A stretch of DNA of 63,475 bases, filler included, from Reclinomonas americana ATCC 50394 (taxonomy: Eukaryota), in the NCBI GenBank assembly GCA_048213135.1. It is 6 parts of 4 records of this genome, joined end to end, with 100 filler letters (N's around TTAATTAATTAA, not from the genome) between each part and the next. Parts side by side here need not be neighbours in the genome. Positions count along the whole stretch, not along the records: positions 55,263 to 61,170 come from PS015392.1; positions 61,271 to 63,475 come from PS015405.1; 4 more parts are not named here. One strand, written 5' to 3'. Of the stretch, positions 55,263 through 63,475 are shown one piece after another (position 1 is the stretch's first letter; the number at the start of each line of letters is the position of its first letter). The notes beneath the pieces are model-generated. The model was given only the letters and a program-made list of their open reading frames with translations. It was not told where the DNA came from and did not search any database. Made by a program: the position numbers and the translations under genes.

Positions 55263-56196
55263 ACTTGCCGTAGTTGCCGCAGTTGAAGTCTTTGCACACG
55301 TCAACTGGGTACGGTGGTGTCTGGCAGTTCGGGCCCGAGTAGCCACCGGTGCACACACTGCATCATTGACATGGAAGGAAGACAGGGAGGTGAGTCTTTT
55401 CTTGCTTCTCACGCAGGTCTACTTTGACATCACTCACCATTTGGGTGTATTGCTCTCCAACACACATGTGCCGTAGCTGCCACACCAATATTCCTTGCAC
55501 AAGTCGACTGGGTACGGTGGTGTCTGGCAGTTCGGGCCAGAGTAGCCACCGTTGCACACACTGCACCGTCGACGTCAGTCCTTCCCTACTTATCACACAG
55601 ATCTCCCTCGGCATCACTCACCACTTGGGTGTGTTGCTCTCCACCACGCATTTGCCGTAGCTGCCGCACTGCAATGCCCAGCACGGGTCTGAAGGCTGCT
55701 GTGGCGGAATCTCACAACGCGCGCCGGTCCACCCGTCGTGGCACACACTGCGTCAGGGCATCAGTACAACAACGCACGCATCCGTTTTCCACCGCGCGCG
55801 TGAGTTGCACACGCACCATTCAGAGTGGCCATTGTTGCTGTAAGCACTGCCTGGAGTGCAAAAGCCGTGGTTGTTGCAATCGCTGTCAGTCCTGCAGCAG
55901 GCCGACTTCCGGGTGCCGCGGCCGCCGTTGTCGTCAACAAAGTCCAGGGTGTTGGCGGTCAGTTCTGTGATGATGAAACGCGAGTGATTGGTCACGTGCG
56001 GCACGATAGATGATGCCCAGCAGCATTTTTTCACCCATCCGGCGAGAAAAGACAGCAACCGCATCGGAAGAAGATGACTGCGTGCGTGTGCGCGTGTGTG
56101 CGACTCACCTTGAGCCACGGTGACATGGTACGCTGCGCATGCCACCACCAGCAGCACCACCACCAACAGGATCCGCGAGACGCCCGCGCTCAACAT
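55263..56196 (-). CDS. Secreted or surface protein with tandem EGF-like repeats, 3' truncated
   Basis: Signal peptide MLSAGVSRILLVVVLLVVACAAYHVTVAQ; repeats CGSYGxCVxESNTPKCVCxGGYSGPNCQ. Confidence 0.88.
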
Positions 56197-57849
56197 CGCA
56201 GTCGACGAGCACTGTCACGCGGTGGTAGTTTCTCCTTCACACGCGGCAACAACAAGGGCACAAGACAAGAGAGTGACAGAGAGCGGTGACTGCTGCTGCT
56301 GCTGGATGCTTTGCCTCGGCTCACGGTCTGCGCTGAAATGAAAGATGGGAAAATTTGACCGTTGTAACGTTCTCTGCTCTCTGTTCGGAAATGCACGCCA
56401 GCTTGGCCGCATTTGTCGGTCATAGGCAGCATACATGAATTTGTACATTCCATTCGCAAGTGCGTGGAGGTTTGGCATGAACGACGGACGCACGAGTAGC
56501 ATGCGGCACCATGTACATCACACCGTTTTCGGCAACCAGTTTCCTTCCTGTGCGTTCGCCCGCGTGGTGGTGCCTCGCGCGGAATGCAACAACAATTCAT
56601 ACGCCAGCAAATCAGCAATAGCTGTCTCGATGACCAAGTCCAACCATAACCAAACCATCAACGCGAACACCAGTCTTGAGGCAGCAGCAGCTTTTCTTGA
56701 CAGTGTGTGTTCGTGATCATAAAAAGAGAAAGCGCCCCTATGGCCTGTTGCCACCGGACTGCAGAGGCCAATTTCCTCTTCTCCAGCGCAAGGCGAGTTA
56801 CATGATGCAGTGTGCGCAGAAGCGCTGGACCGTGCTGGTCGGTGTGTCACACGCAGCGGACAGACGGCCATTTGTCCCCTGGGGGACGCAAGCTCGCCAA
56901 CCCACGTCATCACTGCGAATGTGCGACTCTACTCTCAATAGTGCGCGCCTCTGTCTGTGTCTGTCTGTCTGTCTGTATTGTTGTTGTCCCATGTGTGTTT
57001 GATCGTGACTGGTGTGGGCGTGGGCATTCGAATTCTCTGTGACATTTTGCCATGCACACCTGAAACCTTTTTTGAGCTTTGATCTCTCACCTTCCTCCTC
57101 CATGACCAGTCCCCACTTTGATTGACCCCGCCTTTGAAGGCACAAGCTACTGGGTCACCAAGGCCAACTTTGCCGCTGCTGAAAACGTATACGTTTTCAT
57201 GCGCACACTGCGCTGCGTGTTCACATGTACGCGCCATCGTGTCGTCACTAACCCGCGAATGGATTGTGCTTAGACGGCCGTTGTGGGAGAATTAATGGGT
57301 GACACACTGGCCACCAGCTATCAGCTGGCAACCTTGTCCAAGGTCCAATCTCCCGCCTTCTGTGACGGCGGCACATGGTAAGCGCACACGCACGTAGGCC
57401 TTCAGCCAATTTCGGATACGCGTAGCGCACCTCAGCATCACTCATTAATTGCAAGTGAACACCGCACACCCGGGCCCCTTTTGTTGAACTTGGCGCAGCG
57501 TCCTTTATTGTCTGTGTCTCTGGATCCGGCGCGCGAGGGTGGGGCCGGCGGAGGGAGCGGGAGAGGGAGAAAAGAAACAAATGAAACGCTTGCTCAACAA
57601 AACACAACGTGGATGTGCAAGCAGTGCCGCACTGCGCTCGCCTGCATGCGCAGCGCGTTCGAATTCAGCGAATCGAATTCTCGCACCACTTCAGCCGCCA
57701 CCTTGCTCCTCTCACCCTGTGCACCAATGTGCACACACACACACACCTCTTCTTCGCCCACCACGCCATGATACGCTTCTCCTTCTCAAGTCGTCGCTGA
57801 TGACCGCGCATGACACCCACCCCATCACGAAGACGTTACGCAAACAGCA

Positions 57850-60398
57850 ATGAGTGCACGCAGACCCACTCCTGCCGCCGCTCCCAGACGCGCCGTCTAC
57901 GACATGGGTGATGACAGCGGCGACATTGGAGAGGACGAGGTCACGTTTGGCGACGACGACGATGGGTTTGTGCGGAACGACGACGGCGACGACGATGATG
58001 GCGACAACACCGATGATGATTTCGTGAGTCGAGTGGCGCCTCCACGCTCGGCGCTGAGCAGCAGAATGCCACACGACACTCCTGGTGCGGCGGCGGCGAC
58101 GGCGGCGGCGGCGGCTTCGTCAGCGACGGGAAGCGCACGCGGAGCAACAGTGTTTCGTTCATCTTTGTTTGTTTGTGTTTCATCCTCGCGACTCAACCCC
58201 TCGCCGGTGCTGCGCAGCGACGACCGCAATCGAGCAGGTTCGCGGCCGACCAGTGCCACCAGCAGTCGACGACGAGTGGTGATCGCCACTGGATCGGCAC
58301 CATCGTCGCACAGTGCATCGTCATCGATTGCCTTCACTGGCGACGATCAGCAGCAGCAGCAGCAGCCTGCGTCGGCGGCAGTGGCCAATGCAGCAGCTGG
58401 ACGCACGGCGGCCGAGGTGGAGGAAATGAGCCGAGCGCTGCGTGCGCTCATTTCGGGAGAGGCGGCGGCGGCGACGGCAGCGGAGAAGAACGCCCGTGTC
58501 AAGACATCGGTGTCGGGCGCCTGGCTCGGCTCTCATCAGTACTCGAAGGACTCCCCACTGGACGGTCCGTGCGCATTCGCCTGTCCTTGTGCCGTCTCTG
58601 TCTCCTAACACATGCTGCTGCTGCTGCTGCTGCGCAGTTTCGGGCTTCTCGGCCAGTCGACCTCTGGCCGATCCGATGCGTGGTCGCATCAACACGGAGG
58701 GTCTGCCCGACCCAACCGCGCAGCAAGGTGCGTGTATCACTGGCTCGCAGAACGTGCTCTTGCTTCCGCTACTCACAGTCTCGGCGGTGCAGGACGATCA
58801 TCGAGTCCCTCTCCCTTTCCAGGTGCTCGCCGCACCGTCACCGTGCAGTACGGTCCCGGCACTGGTGGTGCCGCCAGCCCACCAGAGCTCGATCGTTCAG
58901 CATCGGCTCCAAGCTTTAGCAGACCAGCGTCTGCATCTGGATCCTTCTCGTCCACCGTCCCTGCTGCTCTGCGCGATACGGCGCTGCAGGCGCTGCTGGA
59001 GCAGCTGGAGTTGGACGACACCGATGCGTCCACTGCTGTGTCGGAGGGCCACCGAAGTCGCACTGGTGAGCGTGACTCGCGAATGCGCACAGAGGGAGGG
59101 AGAGAAAGTGCATATAACTCCTCATGTGCGAATTGTAACTCGCAGATCGACGCGGGTGGGCGCCTCATGTCGACGTGCTGGTGACCATGGAGGAGCTGTA
59201 CTGCCAGCTGCGTGATCGTGACGAGGGACTGGACAACCTGCTCCGTGCGGAGGAGGAGCGCTGGGTGTCGGGCTTCGAGACGGAGGTGCCAGAGTTTATT
59301 CGTCAGCGGTCTCGCATATTTTCGCACTTGGATCCCTCGCAAGGCATGTTCAAGGATGTGAATCGGCTGAGTGAGGAACTTGTCCGCCGGCTGGGGTCGC
59401 TCTTTGAGGAGATTGTCAGTGTTGGCGCCAAGGTGAACGGCTCAAGAGCCGACGGTGACGGGTCGACATTTGTCGGTGATGAGGTGCGTCGGAGGAATTT
59501 TGGCAACCGTGTGTGATGAGAGACACAAAAGCGTTCTCATGTCGTCGTCACATGCACAGCGACGTTCGGAGCTCACCGAAGAGTACGAGGCGGAGTTTCG
59601 CGCACTCATGCTGCAGTTCCGACAGCGCATTGAGGTGGGGTCGAGAATCAACCAGAGTATCGCTTGGTCCGAAACTCTCTCACCTCTGCACTGCAGGGCC
59701 TTGTTCGCGATTCACCATTCGTGCTCGGCATGGAGGATCTGCGTCTCAACTACTTCCGCCACGAATTGCTCAAGCAAAGGCGACTCCTGACGCACCTGTT
59801 CGACAACCTCAACGCCGTGAAGGAGACGGAGAATCAGCTGCGGCGCGACTTGCGCAAGGCCGAACAACGCATTCAACGGCGAGACCAGGTCGGTGTTTTG
59901 CAATTGTTGCTACTCGTTGCCAGCCGCACCACCGCTCACGGATCAGTGTTGTAGGTGTTGGACGAGCTGCGACGAAAGTTCATTCAGGAGATTATCGTGT
60001 CGCGTGAGCAGTCGCTGATGGCCACGGCCAAGTCGCGCATTCAGATGCAGACGCAAATGTCCGACGTCATCAGCCTTCTAGATTGGCGCACTGTGGTGGG
60101 TGAGGACTCTGTTGGTGGCCACGAGGAGTGTGTGCGCATGCGCACGCTTATTCTGCGGGAGAAGGAGGACTTGGAGAAAAAGTATGACCGGCTGAAGGCC
60201 GAAATGGCAGTGCTGGGCAGCGGCAATGTCGTCGCCACGGGCGATCGCCGGACGCCGGGCGACGCGTCGCACGATCATCCACGTGGACCACTGCTCAACG
60301 GGGTGCATGCCGATCAGCTGAGTGCCGTGAATCTGGTCCGGCAGGAGATGCAGCGCGAGATGGACGAACTGCGTGAGCATCATCACTTTGAGCGTCAG
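57850..60398 (+). CDS. Unknown low-complexity and coiled-coil protein; probably continues in inverted contig 60426-61170
   Basis: About 9 GT-AG-bounded open exons with heptad-like segments such as LNAVKETENQLRRDLRKAEQRIQRRDQ. Confidence 0.7.
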
Positions 60399-60425
60399 GT
60401 TCGTCNNNNNNNNNNNNNNNNNNNN

Positions 60426-61170
60426 GCGGTCCCTGTGCCGTGGTCGACTTGGTGGTGCCGCGAGCCGAGATGAACATGCTCTTGCTGCGGCCTGCGTGCG
60501 CCAACGGCACTTTGCCGGAGCCTTTGCCGCCGACCTGTCGAAAACAACGACGACAAGTGAGGAAACACACACTGTTTGAGAAAAAGAACATCGGGGGGCT
60601 GGTTACTCACCGGTGGCGCATCCTCGTCGGCGAGTGTGGAATCAGTGTTGGGCGCCTCGTCCTGGTCGCCCTCTTCCTCCTCCTCCTCCTCTTCGTCATC
60701 GTCTTCGCCCTCCTCTTCCTCATCGTCTTCGAGTCCCTCGCCAGTGCCGCCAGCTTCCTCCTCCTCTTCCTCCTCGTCTTCTTGGTTGCGGCTACCGGCT
60801 CGACCCTCGTCGTCGTCGTCGTCCTCGTCGTCGGCAGGGGGTGCCGAGTCAGTCTGCCGCGACCCTCCGTCTTCGTCATCAATGTCTTGCGAGGCTGCAC
60901 TGAACTGGTCGCCGACATCGTCGTCGTTGGAGGAGAGTCCAGCGCTGGAGCGACCCGATCGTGCGTCAGGTGGTCGCAGATACGACATGACGTGCTGCGA
61001 GATAGTGGCGCGGAGGGGAATCAGAAGAACAGCACGAGGCACATGTGCGGTACTGTGAGAAAACGCACAGGTCGCCGATTGTTGCTCCCGCCATCGTCCT
61101 CGTCGGCGTCCCTTTGAGCCAGCTGCTGCTGCAGCTGCGTCAACTGCTCTTTCAAATCCTCCATGTCGTG
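60426..61170 (-). CDS. Acidic/coiled-coil exons, probably the continuation of the 57850 gene
   Basis: HDMEDLKEQLTQLQQQLAQRD... then an Asp/Glu-rich exon ending at G|GTGAGT; bounded by gaps. Confidence 0.55.
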
Positions 61171-61513
61171 NNNNNNNNNNNNNNNNNNNNNNNNNNNNNN
61201 NNNNNNNNNNNNNNTTAATTAATTAANNNNNNNNNNNNNNNNNNNNNNNNNNNNNNNNNNNNNNNNNNNNGAGAGAGAGAGAGAGAAAGAGAGAGACAGA
61301 GTGATGGAAACAGAGTGACACACAAATAGAGAGAGAAAGACACAGAGACCGACACACATAACAAAGAGATAGAGAAAGAGAGAGCGACACACAGAAAGTG
61401 AAAGTGAAAACGAGAGACACAAAGAGAGAGAGAGGGCGACGAACACGACACACACAAAAGGAGAGTGTAGAAACAGAGAAACAGAGAGAGAGAGAGAATT
61501 CTCTTCTCCTAAA

Positions 61514-63053
61514 CCCTTGGTGATTGTGGACGCAACTGGCAGCCACCTCGCCACCCTCCTCGCGGACGGCGACACCCTCAGTGAACACCTGGGGGTCGAC
61601 GACCAGGCGGTAGCCGACAACCTTGGTGATGACCTTCTCAATGGCGAACTCCTCAAAGCCAAACAACGTCTTCTTGGCGGTGAAGGTGTACACAAACTTG
61701 CCGAGCTTGTCCAGGGTCTGGGTGTTGGCGCCAATGTAGCCGAGAGCCTCGTCGTTCCACTGCAGCTTGTCAGTGGCGGCCTCCTCGTCGTCCTGACCCG
61801 GCAGCTGGATCTTCAGCTCGACCGTGAGGCTCGAGTCGAAGACGTTCATGTACTGCAGGCGCGAGGCCGTGCGGAGCTGCGTGCCCAGCACCACCTTCTC
61901 GGCAGTGATCGGGCCGCTGACGCCCTGGAAAATCGTCACCATGGCGTCCTCGAAGAACTGGGTGAGCTGGCCGCTGTAGGCCAGGGCCACGCAGCCGGCG
62001 TAGATGTCCTCCAGGCGGGGGAGGGCGTTGGCGTGCGCAAAGCCGAAGCCGCGGAGCTTCTTGGCGTCGACTTCCTCGTTGGCGCTACGAGGGGAAAGGG
62101 GGATGTGAGAAGGGGGAAGGAAGAGGGAAAGGCAAAGGTGGAAAGAAAGGCAACAGATGCGGAAAAATGTAACACACTCAGAAAAAATCACAGAAAAAAG
62201 TGAGAGACACGAAGAATGGTTACCAGCAGGGAAAACCGCAGCCAACAAGCGAGCAAGGGAGGTGAACACACAGATGAAACAGAGCCAGAGAGTGCGAAAA
62301 AAACGCAACACACTCAGCTGAAATCACGCGGAAGAAAATGAGTGTAAAGAGACAACGATAGTCGGCAGAGAAAGGGAGAGAGAGTGCAAACCAAATGTTG
62401 CAAACATCACGGAGAAAAATGACTGTGAGACAAAGGAAGCGAGCAGCAAGTGCCTCACAGAGAAAAAATCTTTCGTACCTCCCCTTTCCCTAATCTCCCT
62501 TTTCCCATTACGCAACTCCAGCACCGACAGCGTGAGCGCCACATAGCTGCTGCCCTCGACAATACCGTCAGCGTGATCGCCCGACAGCTCAAAGCCGCCG
62601 TTGCTAATCTGCGCGGCCTTCAGCGTCTTGATCATCGCGTCCTTGTCGAACTTGGCCTCGGCGTGCACCGCCAGGTACGTGCCGACGTAGTTGTCCTGCA
62701 GGCGCGGTGCGGTCTTGTCCAGGCGGAACAGACCGTCCTCACCCTGGGCCGGGAGCTGCACACGAGAAGACGAAGGTAAGGGAAACGGGAGAAGCGGGAT
62801 TTAGTTTGCGTGCCAGTGACAAACCTGAGAGCGCACACCCGCGAGCGCGGCCTTCACGGCCTCATTGTCGAGCTGGTCGAGCGCCTCGTAGATGCGGATG
62901 GCCGCCGCAGTGGCCTGCAGGTCGGCCTTGGACTTGCTGTCGGCGGCAAACAGACCCGAGGACGAATCCTGCAGCGTCTGCACGTAGCTCAGAATGCTGT
63001 CGGTCGACGGCACCGCAGTCGAGCCCGAGTACAGCACGCCCAGCACGGCATCG
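61514..63053 (-). CDS. Internal exons of a protein with prenyltransferase-like helical repeats followed by a beta-rich domain; possibly ribophorin II/Swp1-like
   Basis: ILSYVQTLQDSSSGLF...IKTLKAAQISNGGF repeats and strongly C/G-ending codons. The family assignment is by impression only. Confidence 0.5.
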
Positions 63054-63475
63054 CTGTGGGAGGGGGGAGGGGGAAAAAGGGGTGAGTGCGTGGGGGAAAC
63101 GAATTTGAGACATGGCCGCGCGCACGACCACCAAACAAAACACACACGCGCGCGCACGCTTGTGAAGAGCGAGGAGAGCGTAATGCTCGAAGGGGCAAGA
63201 GAGGGCGCGAGGAAGAAAAAATGTGCACGCACAAATTTTGGCGCGACAAGGCACGCGACATGGCGGGAAACCAGCGGAGAATCGGAAACAACGCCGCCTT
63301 GCGCCACACACAGCACACAGAGCACACGCCCAACAACACGCACAACAACACAAGACACAGCCAACACGACACAGAGCACACACACACACAACGCGCGGAC
63401 ATTGTGTGTGCAAACACCCGACATGAAAGTGCGACTTGTCTCACACACACAAAAGTCACACTCCCCATGACAACT

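Overview
Gene-dense, intron-rich, GC-rich genomic DNA from a unicellular eukaryote whose lineage I cannot determine. It is a gapped draft assembly: N runs, plus artificial TTAATTAATTAA spacers joining scaffolds. I reconstructed about 25 spliced genes by hand in the standard genetic code, including ValRS, phospholipase B-like lipase, RPRD1-like CID protein, two stomatins, a TPT-family transporter, LITAF, a Vnx1-type CAX, CK2-alpha, ERG28, a TadA-like deaminase, cytochrome c1, CHFR, a class-V PLP enzyme, LST8 and an EGF-repeat protein. The strongest signal is a second class of 5' splice site. When an exon ends in A, C or T, the intron nearly always begins GTT(G/T)(C/A)G, mostly GTTGCG. This is the ordinary G|GTGCGT consensus shifted by one base, and I found about 30 frame-supported cases, including one that splits the ValRS start codon. 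Also notable are a tandem trio sharing an unrecognised C-terminal module, two members of which carry 126-bp-periodic WD40 propellers with hypervariable top-face positions, and a Crinkler-like PD-(D/E)XK nuclease-fold gene. Several gap-bounded contigs are mis-oriented. All exon models are manual and have no transcript support.
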